From Octopus sinensis (Eukaryota), in NCBI RefSeq assembly GCF_006345805.1, contig NC_042997.1, forward strand, positions 88,970,001-89,034,000: a stretch of 64,000 nucleotides of DNA. The letters run 5' to 3'. Below, one piece after another: positions 26,966 to 41,397 of the stretch (positions are counted from its first letter, which is position 1; each line of letters begins with the position of its first letter). The notes under the pieces were generated by a model, which saw only the letters and a program-made list of their open reading frames with translations, ran no database searches and had not been told where the DNA came from. Made by a program: the position numbers and the translations under genes.

Positions 26966-27202
26966 ATGAATGAATGAATGACTGAATGAATGGATCTGTT
27001 GGAGGCAGACCTAACTGGTGGAGGCAGACAGATGAAGTAGTCCGCTACTCATTCTACTACCCCCCCCCCCCTATTGCTTTCTTCCTCCGCCCTATCATCC
27101 CCTGCCACCATCTTCACTTTCGTTAGGCATCCATCACATCTCACTACCATATATGTGTGTGCCTGCGCGTATACAGTCATGCACACTTCACACATACACT
27201 TG

Positions 27203-27313
<111 letters not shown>

Positions 27314-27337
27314 TGTTCAATGTAGTAAAGACGGATT

Positions 27338-27542
27338 GAGGCGTTGAGCTGGCAGAATCGTTACCGCGCCGGAAAAATTTCTTCCGACTTTACGTTCTTA
27401 GTTCAAATACCGCCGGAGTCGACTTTGCCTTTTATCTTTTCGGAGTCGATCAATTAAGTTACCAGTTGAACACTGGGGTGGATGGAATTGACTGGCCCCT
27501 CCCCGGAAATTGCTGGCCTAATGCCAACATTTGAAACCAATA
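27338..27542 (+). mobile_element. SINE family B, tail type c
   Basis: gagctggcagaatcg..gactttgcc..ccggaaattgctggcc..ttgaaaccaatat. Confidence 0.8.
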
Positions 27543-27738
27543 TCATGACGATAACATTGGTGTGTGTGTGTGTAGCTACAGAGATGGGTAGAGATAGAGA
27601 CAGAAGTATATATATCTGCAAATGTAGTTAACACATGCATAAATAAATTTTAAATATACGTACAAGTAGATACACACACATGCGCATCGATCCGTCCATC
27701 TGTCTATACACCGATCTATCTATATATATACATACAGT

Positions 27739-28092
27739 GGAGGCCCATTGGCTAGGGCTGCGAACTCGCGGTTTCGATTCCCAGACCAGGCATTGTGGGT
27801 GTTTAATGAGTGAAAACACCTAAAGCCCCACGAGGCTCCGGTAGGAGGTAATGGTGAACTCTGCTGTACTCTTTCCCCACAACTTTCTCTCACTGTTTCT
27901 GTTTTACCTGTATTTCAAATGGTCAGCCTTGTCATACTCTGTGTCACGTTGAATCTCTCCAAGAATTACGTTAAGGGCACACGTGTCTGTGGAGTGCTCA
28001 GCCACTTGCACGTCAATTTGTTAATTTCACGAGCAGGCTGTTCCATTGATCGAATCAACTGGAACTCTCGTCGTCGTAACCGACGGAGTGCC
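27739..28092 (+). mobile_element. tRNA-derived SINE family F (~350 bp)
   Basis: ggaggcccattggctaggg head, ggtttcgattccc B box, body ending gtcgtcgtaaccgacggagtgcc, followed by a CA/ATAC tract. Confidence 0.7.
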
Positions 28093-28094
28093 AC

Positions 28095-28525
28095 GACGAT
28101 ACACACACACATACACACACACACACACACATGCATACATACATTCATGCATACATGCATACATGCATACATGCATACATACATACATACATACATATAT
28201 ACATGCATACATGCATACATACATACATACATACATACATGCATACATGCATACATACATACATACATGCATACATACATGCATACATGCATACATGCAT
28301 ACATACATAGATGCATACATGCATACATGCATACATACATACATACATACATACATACATGCATACATACATACATACATGCATACATGCATACATACAT
28401 ACATACATGCATACATACATACATGCATACATGCATACATGCATACATGCATACATACATACATACATGCATACATACATACATACATACATACATACAT
28501 ACATACATACATACATACATACATA
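28095..28525. repeat. (ATAC)n/(ATGC)n interspersed tetranucleotide array, ~430 bp
   Basis: Direct reading. Confidence 0.95.
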
Positions 28526-30806
28526 CGTGTATGTAAGCACATACATATTCTCATCACTTACGAACGTTCACCGTCTTACTCTCCTCCCCACATACATGTG
28601 CTAACCGTACTATCAAGTATACACATAGACACACGTTACACACGCTCACACCACCATCATCACCAAACCAGACGATAGTTTCCAGAGTAATTTACGTGAA
28701 TGAATCAATTGATAGGTCTTATATTTATGTCTGACTCACTGTCTTACTTATTTGTCTGTCTTTATGTCGGAATGTCTGCCTGTCTGTTTTTCTTCCTCTT
28801 TCTCTCTTTTTCACTCTCAGTTTCAGTCACTGCCCATGTCTGTCTGCTTCTCTCTGTCTATCCACGTAAGTGTGTCAACCTGTTTTGCCTTAATTTGTGT
28901 GTTTATCAAGAAGGGAGAGAAAGAAAAGAAAGAGTGGAGAGAAGAGAGAGAGAGAGAGAAGAGACAGACAGACAGAGGACGAAGAGGGAGTCAAAGACAA
29001 ATAGACAGGCAGGAAAACAGAGAGATGGTAGCAGAGGAGAGACTAGAATCCGAGGAAATTTCTTAATGGTCAATGTGGGCAACATACTACTATTTTTTAT
29101 GTATTTATTTATTTTTAAGGCTTCTGCACAAAAAGAAAAATTAGAACATATCCTCATAATTGATGGAATTATCTTACTTTAGTATTTTGCGAAAGAATGG
29201 TTTTTGCCTAATTCTTCCTGCCACAGCTTGTCTTTGTTTCGGTCTGTCTGCCTCTTATCCACCTGTTTCTGGCTATCAGTTTACCACTCGCTATGTTTGT
29301 ATCTTTTTAAGATACAGAGATATGGACGTTTTCGTAGTCATACAACCTGCTATAAATGACAGTTAAATCTCCTTCGATGAACATCCTATTTCCCTTTAAA
29401 AAAACGCAGAAGGGCACATCGGAAGAAGTAATTCATCATACATAATGCAGCAGCAGAAAATATCTTTCTTTGATCATTGTTCTGACCCATCGTGTAATCC
29501 TGCGATTCAGTAACAGCATTAACATCTCCCTATTTCTTCTAAGTACGCAGGCGACACCCTTAGACTCTTGTCCTGCTTTTACTCTGTCCAAAATCTCATC
29601 CAGAAACAGAGACTTCGAGATCAAGATCTAACGGAAATTCAACAGCCTCTCATCCAGCATAAACTGGGACAATTGTTATGTTGACGACGACTATTGAGCA
29701 AGAAGCTCGTATCCGCGAATGTCCTCTAATCTCCAGGCTCGTCCCTTTCCTAAATGTCGTATTAGTTTTGGGGAATTTTTGATTCTTGAGGATGTCTTCA
29801 CTTACCAAATGAAGCTTGATTGCCATTTGGTTATTATGGGACATCTTCCAGAGGAAAAGATTATTTTTTTAAAAATCAAGATTGGTGTTGTATGGTATTT
29901 AACATACTTGTATTTGTCTATGTTATTCAAATACTGGTCACTTTCAGCTGTATCTCTTAGGTCATTATTGTTTAAATTAAACTTCTAATTACAGACAGTT
30001 CACCATTCCCGTCGCTTAGTGGTTGCAATGGACGGGACTGCCATCTCAATAATCAATGGTGCATCCTCAGATTTACAGTGATACACTTATTTCGAAACCC
30101 CACTTTAGCATTATTGCAAATTAATGCTCACCCAGAATATTCTGAAGCACTCTCAGGGACCAAAGTCAGGCGACAGGCCTGCAAGTCACATCTCAATTTA
30201 ATAAACTCCCTACAATACACCCATACTACTCATCTACAACACATATGTAAAATGACTGTACTACGTACAAATGCACGGCCAGGACTACGTCATAAAGACT
30301 AGTTTTCCATAAGAGATCCAAATGTTTATTCAGATCTGAACAATAGTTGAAAAATGTAAAACGAACTTCATCTAGCTGCATTGTACATACAGGCAGGAGT
30401 TACACCTACCATGTACGCGTACACACCGGACCACATACCAAAAAAGGAATTCTTCCTGACAAGCAACTCTTCATTCATCAATATTTTGTATCTCTTTGAT
30501 CGGTCGATGAAAATAGGAAGAAAAGGGTATGTCAAACGCTTTTCTTATTGATGGGTTAAAACTATTCTCCTCTGCTCCTCCGAACTATCTCAAGTTTAAG
30601 AGCGAACAAGGGAGGCTTCTGTGTGGTTGCACCATCTGCCAGAAGTAACTGTCAGATCTCCCGCAGATCACACTCGACTTCTTGTAAAAAAATTTTTTTT
30701 TAAAGAGAGAATGACACATTAGCTAATGTAGAGACCGTCTCTACAATAACAAACGTGGACGAGACGGCCTCAGATGGAATGTCTTTCATCATAGGGCAGT
30801 TTGTGC

Positions 30807-30871
<65 letters not shown>

Positions 30872-31512
30872 CGGCGGTGGGGGCGGCGTTGATGGTGGTG
30901 GTGGTGGTGGTCGTCGTCGTCGTCGTGGTTGTGGTGGTGGTTGTGGTGGTAACAGCAGCAGCATTATTATATCTTGATAGAAAAGGTTTTCAGCTGAACA
31001 GAACAGCTCGGTGAGAGGTCTTAGAGCAACTTTTCAATTTTACATCAACTCACTTTTTTAACACTAGAAATAGCAACTTAACCTCCCTCAGATAATATCC
31101 TACAGCCTTTTCAAAGAAAATAATAATAAGGAAAATATATTTGACAATGTCCTGAAAATACAAGACTGGATGTTCTGGTCTGTATGTAAAAGTCTTTGAT
31201 CGTCGTTCTGTTTGAGTAGAGCCGATCTGGGATTTTATCAACGACAACAGTACTCTATTGATATGAACCCTACTCTTCCTATTTACACTATAAAATCAAT
31301 AAATGAAACATATGCAGCTCCTTGTTTTATATCGTTATTGATTTCCTTTCTGGTATTGTTTTGTTGGGGTTCGTTTTTTTTTTTGTTGTTTTTGTTTTAT
31401 TTTTCTCTCATTCTCCCTTATTTTCTCTCCATGCAACTCTGGCTTTGTCACTAACTCTTACCCCCACCGCCCGTCTTTCCTCCATTTCTCTCCCCGTCCC
31501 TTTTTTTACCAT

Positions 31513-31548
<36 letters not shown>

Positions 31549-32179
31549 TTTCTTTTTTTTCTTTTATTTGCCATCACATTATTTTCATTAATTTTCTCTT
31601 GCGCTTACTCTCTCTCTCTCACTCACTATATATCTCTCTCCCTCTGTCACTATATGCGTTCTTTTTCTCTGACTCTTTCTCAATCTTGTCCTTTCTTTCT
31701 AATTTAATTTTATCTCTCTCTCTCTCTCATTTACCATCTATTTCTTTGATTTTTACTCACTCTTCGCGCATATCTCCCTCACCATCTTTCTCTCTCCCTC
31801 TCTCTCTCTCCCCTTTCTCTCTCTCTCTCTTTCCTTCTCTCATAAAAACTGTTTTCCCATATGTTTTTATCCCACTTGCTCTCCCAAGTTGTTGCTAACT
31901 GTTGAGTTCTTTTACTGCTAATTCTCTCGTTACTTGTACACCTTTCTTTATATCTCCCCACTAAATACTTCTCTTCTTCTTGTCTTCTGTCTCCTTCCAT
32001 CATCATCATCATTATCATCATCATCTCTATAATTCTCCTCCAGTATTTCTCTCTTTTCTTATATTGCTTATCCTTAACCTGTGTATGTATGTGTATTCAT
32101 GTATCTAAATATCCATTTATCTATATATTTATCTGTGTATGTATTCACCTATGAATCGTTTTATAATGCTATATCTGCA

Positions 32180-32262
<83 letters not shown>

Positions 32263-33549
32263 TTATCTATCTATCTATGTATCTATCTATCCATCTATCT
32301 AGCTAGCTACCTATGTTTGTATCTTTTTTTGTGTATCTATCTATCTATCTGTCTCTTCCTCCTCTCTCTCTCTCTCTATTTATCTATTTATGTAAGTGTA
32401 CACACCTTTTCGTCTCATTGTTGTTTTCTCTCTAAATACGCATTTCTTGTGCACTGTTTTTCTCTAACACACTCCATGTGTCTCAGTACGGAAATATGTA
32501 GAAATATACGGAAATGGTTCACACAAGCTGATTCAAGTCAACTTACAGAAAGACATGCGTAACATATAATATATCTATTTATAAAGTATTTGTTTGAATA
32601 AACAGGGACATCAAGATTTGTAGATGCCTTGCTTGAAAATAGCTAAATTCTATAAAGAACATCTGGACCTCCAGACTCCCTATTCAACTCAAGTTGAGAA
32701 TTTTCTTAGCAGCAATCGAGGTAATCATCACTTATCAGTGTGTAACTTGAAGCTTCATTAGGTTCATTGTCAAGTCCCTCATTTGTTGCTACAGTCGAAT
32801 ATTCTAGATGGCCGTCAGTGTCAGCTGAATGTTGAATCTGACAAATGATAAACACTATTGAGACCTTATTTCATTTGACCAACAAACAAAATAGCAGGAA
32901 AACTGTTGTAGCTTATATGGCTACTGTTTGAAGTATAAAAATCGCGTGCCGGCTAAGTCATTGTCTGGGAACCGAACAACGGGAGGGCGAAGCGTGATCA
33001 TCTTCTAAAATCACTATCAAGTAGTACTGCGACTATAGATGATCTTTGGACGCTCTGATGAAACTGGTTATGTGACAAGTCCGCCATGTTGTATACATCG
33101 CAAGTTGTATTCAATAGATAATGATACTGATGATGATTTCCATACGTATATCAGTTTATGAATCTCACTTCTACGGACATTTAAGGTTTTATTGAGCTAT
33201 GTTCTCCTTATATAGTTTCGTAATAGTATTTCCTATGGCCACAATATGCTCTGCTATCGTTTATTGCCTCAAGTAAGACCTTATAGCTATTATAGTTATC
33301 TCATCTTTATTCTATAAAAGACGAATCTAGGAGGATGTACCAGGAAGATATACTTTGATTAAGATTTAACTGTTATTTCTGGCAAACAGAGTGGTCACGT
33401 AGCAGCTCCTTTATCCGCTCGTATAGTTTACATGTATTTGTTAATGATGTAGATTGGTGTTGACCTTAATTCTAGGTCAACACCAATCGAGCCGACCAAT
33501 AATCGAAGTCGTTCCATCCATACTCTACCTTCTATGATTAAGATTGAAT

Positions 33550-33900
33550 TACACAGTGTGTCCCCTTTTTATTAGGCAACATTGTGGGATTTGATCAAGA
33601 TTTAACAACCATATCTCGCATATCAAAGGACACATGCATAGGCTTCTTTCATTCTCTTCCACATTGAGTTGTTTGACAAGTTCCAATGTCGTCTGCTTTG
33701 TTGAGATTTTTAAAAATATTTTCTTCCCAATCATGTACGTTGGAGAATTTAGTAACGACATTATTTCCTTCCCGTTCAATATTTTATTCTGGAGTTTCTT
33801 GTTTCTGTTTGGCAAGCATAATTTGTTGAATTTATCAGTTTATTCAATGATATGTTAATTTTGGGGTTTTCTTTTGAGGAGCTGAATAATGCTGTCTGTA
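33550..33900 (-). mobile_element. Degraded Tc1-like transposase C-terminal remnant
   Basis: Minus frames give VHDWEENI..NLN (cf. VLDWP..SPDLNPIE) and NLDQIPQCCLIKRGHTV* (cf. Tc1 ..IP.R...VIK.KGGHTKY*). Confidence 0.35.
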
Positions 33901-34156
33901 AAGCCAGATGCATGCTCCTGATGATTCGATTACATGGCGTAATTTTAAAATGTGTTGAAACAACGCCACGTAATCGATTCGCACACAGACACGCACACAC
34001 ACACACACACATAAATGCACACACATATATTATATGTCTCTAAACAAATACATATTTGCACGTGTGTGTGTGTGTATACAGAGAGAGAGAGAAGGGGGGG
34101 GGAGAGAGACAGACAGACATAAAGATACATACACACACACACATAGATAGATAGAT

Positions 34157-34205
<49 letters not shown>

Positions 34206-34738
34206 GAGATATGTACGTATGTATTTATGTGTGTATATCTGTATGTATGTATGTATGTATGTATGCATGCATATATGTATGTATGTAAGCAAATATACGC
34301 ATACACTTTCATACACACATGCATATATACATACATGTATGGTCGTTTTGGCTGCAAGTAAAACATATTCCAAATACGAAGGAATAAACAAGCAGTCAAC
34401 ATGCAGTACCAAGTCAGTTCATGGCGTATTTACTCACAAGTTATTACAAAGACAATATATAATCTAAATCTGGCAGTTAAGCAGCACTCAGAATTTCTTT
34501 AGAAAAATATTTATAAATACACTTAACTCGGCTTACTTGAAACCGTACATGTTCTTTGACAGACAAGTATATTTTCTTTACAAGTTAAACGTGAAACCCA
34601 AACAGAATGAACCTATTCCAAGCGTTCATAACTGTTAATTTAAGTCGATTTAAGAGCAATTATATATTTCTTTAATGAAATCTTTGATGAGTAATGCTTA
34701 TTATTGGCTTTAAAATAGCTGTTTTGTTTTATCTCATA

Positions 34739-34950
34739 TCTTTTATCTTTTACTTGTTTCATTCATCGAACTGCGACCGTGCTGGGGTACCGCCTTGTAG
34801 GGTTTTAGTCGAACGAATCGACCCCAGTACTTATTTTTAAGCCTGGTATTTATTCTGTAGAACTTATGCCGGACCGGATAGATAATGGGAATGTAAACAA
34901 ACCAATACCAGTCGTCAAAAGGTGGGTGGGGTATGAACACAAGCGTGAAG
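34739..34950 (-). mobile_element. SINE family A, 3' half only
   Basis: Tail and body present; ends at the internal microsatellite position. Confidence 0.7.
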
Positions 34951-35193
34951 ACACACATGCATACATATACATATGTACACACACGCATAAATATATGTAT
35001 GTGTGTATATATATATATATATATGGCTGCAAAGTGAGTTTCTTTACTGCAGTATGTGTATTTTTTATCTTAATTGACGTAAGTCTTTAGTTGTATGATT
35101 ACAACCACTAAATTCTTTTTGTTTTCTTGTTTTCCTACTAATTCATTTTGTTACTATTGCTGTTGTTGTTGCTGTGTTTTTTTATGATGATCC

Positions 35194-35230
<37 letters not shown>

Positions 35231-35936
35231 AACGGTGATAGCCGTTATTGTTTTGGTTTGTTTTTAATGATTTGAGCTGAAGAAAAAGAAAATGGAGATA
35301 TTGGCCTTGGTAGACTTCACTTGTTTTTATTAAAAAAGAAAAAATCTTTCCGAAGCCTATAAAGGAATTTTAAGAATTAAATGATTCGTTCTGCAGAATC
35401 ATTTAAGTTCGGGGAAAATGCCGTGGTCAATCTTGGTTTCCATAAACTTCTGGGATTGATAAAACACAGTGCCAGCCAAGTTCTGAGATCGAAGTAATCC
35501 ACTTAAAAAACTGCTGGCCTTGTACCTAAATTTGAAACAATTATTTCAAGTGATGAAAAGTGATGAAAGCTAAAACTATCCGCTGGTTAGAATGCCGTTA
35601 TATCAAATTGCATCCCCAAATTATCCTGTATCTACAAGACAGCTATTTGTACTGTGACAATGTGATAATGATACTTGGTCAAATACACATCAACACGTCT
35701 TATATATCTATTTATCTATGTTTTCTGGATTCATTTGTTATGGTTATGTTGCTTCTGTGCTGTTGTTCCAAGGACGATAGATGAGTTCAGAACAATGTTG
35801 CAACCAAATAAATTGAGATCGTGCTAGGTGGTGGGAGATAATTATGGCAATCTTTATAGCGAGGCTGTCTATTGACCCATGTGGTAAGATGGTGGTGGTA
35901 GCAAATGAAGTGATAACCATGATGATGATGATGATT

Positions 35937-35986
<50 letters not shown>

Positions 35987-36816
35987 GCGAAAATAATGAT
36001 GTGACAACAGCGGAGGCGGCGACGGTAGTGCTGGTGGGGGGGATGGATATAAGTTTGAGGATGATGAAAAAAGTCGTTTTGCTTTTTACCCCCAGATCAG
36101 TCCTGATCCAGCAGACTTAGCGCCAAAAGCGTTCCAGCCTTAATCATTCCTTATATTTTGGTGTAAGGAGCTTTCTAAGGCCTCATTGTAGTCGGTATAA
36201 GATGGATGAGCGTGATTTGAAGGAGATTTGAAGCTGCTATTTATGGCACATCAAGAGATTACGTAGCGACTGGTTCATTAGTTCGTGATGGTGGTGGCTG
36301 CGATGTTGTAGGGTATGAGTTTGGAATGCTAATAGTGATGGTAGCGGTGATTTTGTCGACATTGAAATCTAACAGGAGCAGAAGAATGATAGGCAATTCA
36401 TATAAATTATAGTATAGAAGCACATAGATGAAACCAGTTTTTATCTGGTAACAAACATATATATACACGCCAGACTCATATAAACACACGCCGATACAAA
36501 CGTACACAAACTCATACACACACTACAACATACAACACATACACACACACACAGTAGTACTTACATAGGCACACGTATACGCAAAAGTAAATTTTAAAAT
36601 GAAGTATCATACACGAACTGGTATAATCAATCCTTTGAGGTGTCATATCATAGTGCGCGCTCTAGCGTACATACACACGAATACACACCAACACATACGC
36701 ACATATGTACAGGATAACCGATAGTTTTCTATCGATGTCTATCGATACTGGGAATTGCAGACAAAATGTCCGCAATTTCCAATATTTTCTTCCTGTGATC
36801 CAAACTTAGTTAAATG

Positions 36817-36984
36817 CAGAACCGTCTACATGAGTAAACTGGACAATTGCCCAGGGGCCTCACAGATCTAGGGGCCCAGTTCTGATCTATGTATGCTGTG
36901 GCTTATTGGTAATAAATAAATATAGGACTCAGTGCATTGATTTGCCCCGAGGAGGGGGGCTATAATGCTGCTAAGGCTTCCCTG
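36817..36984. mobile_element. hAT-type MITE, degraded
   Basis: Ends cagaaccgtct / aaggcttccctg; 8-bp flanks gttaaatg / atgaaatg (6/8 match). Confidence 0.55.
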
Positions 36985-37755
36985 ATGAAATGTATAACCT
37001 TACTGTCATGCTCTTTGATTATGGCTTTCATTGGTTCTATAGTCCCTGGTGTTCTCTTTATGTCGACTGTATAAGAATCTAACCCTGTCTTTTAAGCTTT
37101 GATTTATATTCCTCTAGTCTTCCTTTGTTTTGCAATATTTGATCTTTTGTGGGGGCGGGGAGTTGTTTCTTTTACTGCATTCCATCGATTGAATTTTATT
37201 TGTAGCAAACTGAAACAGGGACAAATATCCCAGCCAATTCTTTAACACAATTATTTCGGACTGGTCATGAATACAAATCTTACGACCAAATCATGGACTT
37301 AAATCTTATTACACAACTCTTGGTTTAAAATCTTTAGGACAGTTTCTTAGGTACGAATCCATCATCAAGATCTTAGGCTGAAATCTAAATATTTTTGCTC
37401 GATAATCGTTTAGTCATTTCGCTATTAGTGTATATGCCTCCCCGTTATTAAAATATTTCTCGTACAGAAATGTACAATCAATAACTTAAAGACAAACATA
37501 TGAGAAATGTAAATTTTTCACGAAGTAGAACGAATCACAAAATTTAGAACCTAATTTTGAATTCTGTAGCTTTAAGCAAATGAAAGACAGATTTAATGCA
37601 TGCCTAGCACAGGTATTCGTTCAAAAGGCTATACTTATCCACCACAAGTAAGCCAAATGAGGTGTCCGTATAGTAGTGAGTGTCCCCATGATCAGAAACA
37701 ACTAAGTATATAACTGCCATCACTTATTTAGTCGATCATATACATTTGTGTAGAA

Positions 37756-37913
37756 AGTCATGAGAAAACTGCGCCCCGCAGAACTTTCTGAATGGCATGC
37801 CTAATAAAAAAATTACTTTCATTTTCTTTTTTTTTCTTTTCAGTAGTGTGACCCACCTGATGATGAGCCATGTTTCATGCGGCCCGCTTCTCGGAAAAGG
37901 TTGCCCATGCCTG
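37756..37913. mobile_element. hAT-type MITE, same family as 43889-44035
   Basis: Right end ggttgcccatgcctg; flanks gtgtagaa / ctgtagaa; shares ctgatgatgagccatg..cggcccgctt with 43889-44035. Confidence 0.65.
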
Positions 37914-38277
37914 CTGTAGAAGTCATTCAGGCAATCCTACAATGCACAGTCAGTTTTAACAGTGATTAAAGCTCCACGAGACCAATTTCTGTTTGCTCAA
38001 CACTGGACCCTTCTGTCATCTATATTTTCTCATCCGCTAGAAATGTTTTTTTTAATTTAAAAAAATGTTAATATTCATACTGCAACACTCCTTTCTACCC
38101 TCTTATTCTACGTTTACACCACTCTTTGTAAATCCAAGAATGTCAGAGTAAGCTGCGGGCTTAAGACCCATAACTCGTTATGATTGCACTCAAAACAAGT
38201 AAGATAGCAACAATAGGAGTAACAAGTCTACCGAAGTTATAACATTATGAAGACGAAACGGACGTTTTTTCGCTTTT

Positions 38278-38510
38278 AAGGCGGTGAGATGGCAGAAACA
38301 TTAGCACGCCGAGCGAAATGCTTAGCAGTATTTCGTATGTCGCTATGTTCTGAGTTCAAATTCCTTCGTGGTCGACTTTGCCTTTCATCCTTTCTGGGTC
38401 GATTAAATAAGTACTAGTTACGCACTGGGGTCGATATAATCGACTTAATCCGTTTGTCTGTCCTTGTTTGTCCCCTCTGTGTGTAGCCCCTTGTGAGCAG
38501 TATAGAAATA
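38278..38510 (+). mobile_element. SINE family B, tail type a, with ~22-bp TSD
   Basis: TSD gaaacgga[c/t]gttttt(t)cgctttt at 38255-38277 and 38511-38532. Confidence 0.9.
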
Positions 38511-38865
38511 GAAACGGATGTTTTTCGCTTTTCATGCATTTCCCAAAAATCCTTAGACGCAGAAGTGAAGTGAAACGACTTTAATTCAATGCTTCCTTGT
38601 TCACTTTTCAATAAACATGTTACTACAACATTTCATTGGTTACTACAACATTGACACTTAAAAAATACAAGATACAAATCTAGATCAGGCAAGAAATATG
38701 AAGTATCTAACCTAGATTTTAAAAATATACGCTTCGTCTACATTCATAAAAAGAAAAGAAAAAACTCGAGACAAAAATTTTATCTATATCACTGAATGAG
38801 TCCTAATGGTAAAGTTGTAGTAATACATACATACATACATACATACATACATACATACATACATA

Positions 38866-38909
<44 letters not shown>

Positions 38910-39344
38910 CAGAAAGAGTAGTAAGAAATGAAACCGTCTCACTCATAATAATATAGCTCCTGTCTATTTCTTTCTTCAATGTTAAACTTCATTATGTATA
39001 TCTTTATTGAAAAAAAGAATGAGTGAAGAGTAATCAAAAAGAAAGAGAGACAGTTTCTGCTCTAAATAATTTCTGTTGATGCTTTTAACCTTACAACCAC
39101 GGATCATGTTTTTGTTACCTCCAATTAAACTAGTAACCTTACTTTAACATAGATGGCAACTAGAGCGCTCACTATATTTCAGTCTATCTGCATATTGCCT
39201 ATTGGCAAGCGAAGTTCTTTTACTCTAGTTTTACACATACACACACACGCATGCATGCATGTATGTATGTATGTATGTATGTATGTATGTATGTATGTAT
39301 GTATGTATGTATGTATGTATGTATGTATGTATGTATGTATGTAT

Positions 39345-39575
39345 ACTCTTTACTCTCTTTTACTCTTTTACTTGTTTCAGTCATTTGACTGCGGCCATGC
39401 TGGAGCACTGCCTTTAATCGAGCAACTCGACCCCGGGACTTATTCTTTTTGTAAGTCCAGTACTTATTCTATCGGTCTCTTTTTGCCGAACCGCTAAGTA
39501 ACGGGGACATAAACACACCAGCATCGGTTGTCAAGCAATGCTAGGGGGACAAACACAGACGCATAAACACACACA

Positions 39576-39644
<69 letters not shown>

Positions 39645-39720
39645 GACGGGCTTCTTTCAGTTTCCGTCTACCAAATCCACTCACAAGGCTTTGGTCGGCC
39701 CGAGGCTATAGCAGAAGACA
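39345..39720 (-). mobile_element. 5'-truncated SINE family A embedded in (ATGT)n
   Basis: Tail (actctttt)n, body and internal (TA)n; stops in the CORE-like part at agaagaca. (ATGT)n on both sides. Confidence 0.85.
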
Positions 39721-39759
39721 ATGTATGTATGTATGTATGTATGCATTTATGTATGTATG

Positions 39760-39793
<34 letters not shown>

Positions 39794-40295
39794 TGTATGT
39801 ATGTATGCATGCATGCATGTATGTATGTATGTATGTATGTATGTATGTATGTATGCATGCATGCATGCATGTATGCATGTATGTATGTATGTATGTATGC
39901 ATGTGTGTATGTATGTATGTATGTATGTATGTATGTATGTATGTATGTATGTATGCATGCATGCATGTATGTATGTATGTATGTATGTATGCATGCATGC
40001 ATGCATGTATGTATGTATGTATGTATGTATGCATGCATGCATGCATGTATGCATGTATGTATGTATGTGTATGTATGTATGCATGTATGTATGTATGTAT
40101 GTATGTATGTATGTATGTATGTATGTATGCATGCATGCATGTATATATGTATGTATGTATGTATCTATGTATGTATGCATGTATGTATGTATGTATGTAT
40201 GTATGCATGCATGTATGTATGTATGTATGCATGCATGCATGTATGTATGTATGTATGTATGTATGTATGTATGTATGTATGTATGTATGTATGTA
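39721..40295. repeat. (ATGT)n/(ATGC)n array, ~575 bp
   Basis: Direct reading. Confidence 0.97.
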
Positions 40296-40676
40296 CAAAC
40301 ATGTGTATGGATATATGGATATATTGGTTACTTCCTTTCTTTCCTTATTGACTTGCTCTTAATCTCATTCTCATTGAATCTCTCGTCTCTGTTTCTGTCT
40401 TTGTTTCTGTTCTTTCTCTAACATATTATCTCTCTCTCTCTTTCCTCCCTTCTCCCTCTCTTTCTCTTTCTATATATTTATTTCCTTCCTTCTTTCCCAA
40501 GCGATTCTCCTCTCTCTTCATTACCTACCGAACTACAAGATATCAGTCAAACCCAAACAACTTAGACATTGAGCTATAACTCAGTTATCTATAACTCACC
40601 ATGATGTCACCACCTGCTTCAAAAAGGACGTTTTTATTGAATCTCACTTCATCTGATTCAGCATGCTCAGCAATAG

Positions 40677-40761
<85 letters not shown>

Positions 40762-40788
40762 CATGCTTGTATGTATGCATGTATTTGC

Positions 40789-40900
40789 GCAGAGAGTAGA
40801 CGCGCTCTCCTGTCGAGCCGAGAAATCGACTCAGATTCCGTTCCCGGCTGTACGTAGCTATTCCACTTCAGTTATGCCGCTAATGGCCTTGAGAAAAAGG
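40789..40900. other. CpG-rich exon-like island, strand unresolved
   Basis: Plus: gcgcag|RVDALSCRAEKSTQIPFPAVRSYSTSVMPLMALRK|gtataa. Minus: acceptor tttatacctttttctcaag|AISGITEVE* with AATAAA at ~40633-40638. Confidence 0.3.
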
Positions 40901-41174
40901 TATAAACACAACAAAACCAATCCATAGATGGATATCACTGGGTATTCAAACACATATCACTGCAGTGAAGAATAAGATACCATTGCAGTAGATAATCACA
41001 CATCACTATAGTCAATCAGATATCACCAGATAGTCAGATACCATCCAGTGGTCAATCAGCTCCCATAATAATAGCCAATCAAATGTCACAGTCTTGTCCA
41101 GAGATCAGCAAACAATGAACCACAGTCTCATTTTATCTGACTTTATTGAATATATTGACGATTTTCCTTATCTT

Positions 41175-41397
41175 ATTTCTTTATTGACCACAAGGGGCTA
41201 AAGGGACAAACAAGGACAGACAACCGGATTAAGTCGATTACATCGACCTCAGTGCGTAACTAGTACTTAATTAATCGACCCCGAAAGGATGAAAGGCAAA
41301 GTCGACCTCGGCGGAATTTGAACTCAGAACGTAACGGCAGACGAAATACGGCTACGCGTTTCGCCCGGCGTGCTAACGTTTCTGCCAGCTCGCCGCA
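41175..41397 (-). mobile_element. SINE family B, tail type a, with TSD
   Basis: TSD ttccttatctt at 41164-41174 and 41398-41408; close to the other family-B tail-a copies. Confidence 0.9.

Noticed and set aside
33045-33090. ctgatga motif as a hammerhead
   Set aside because: No GAAA or stem III downstream.
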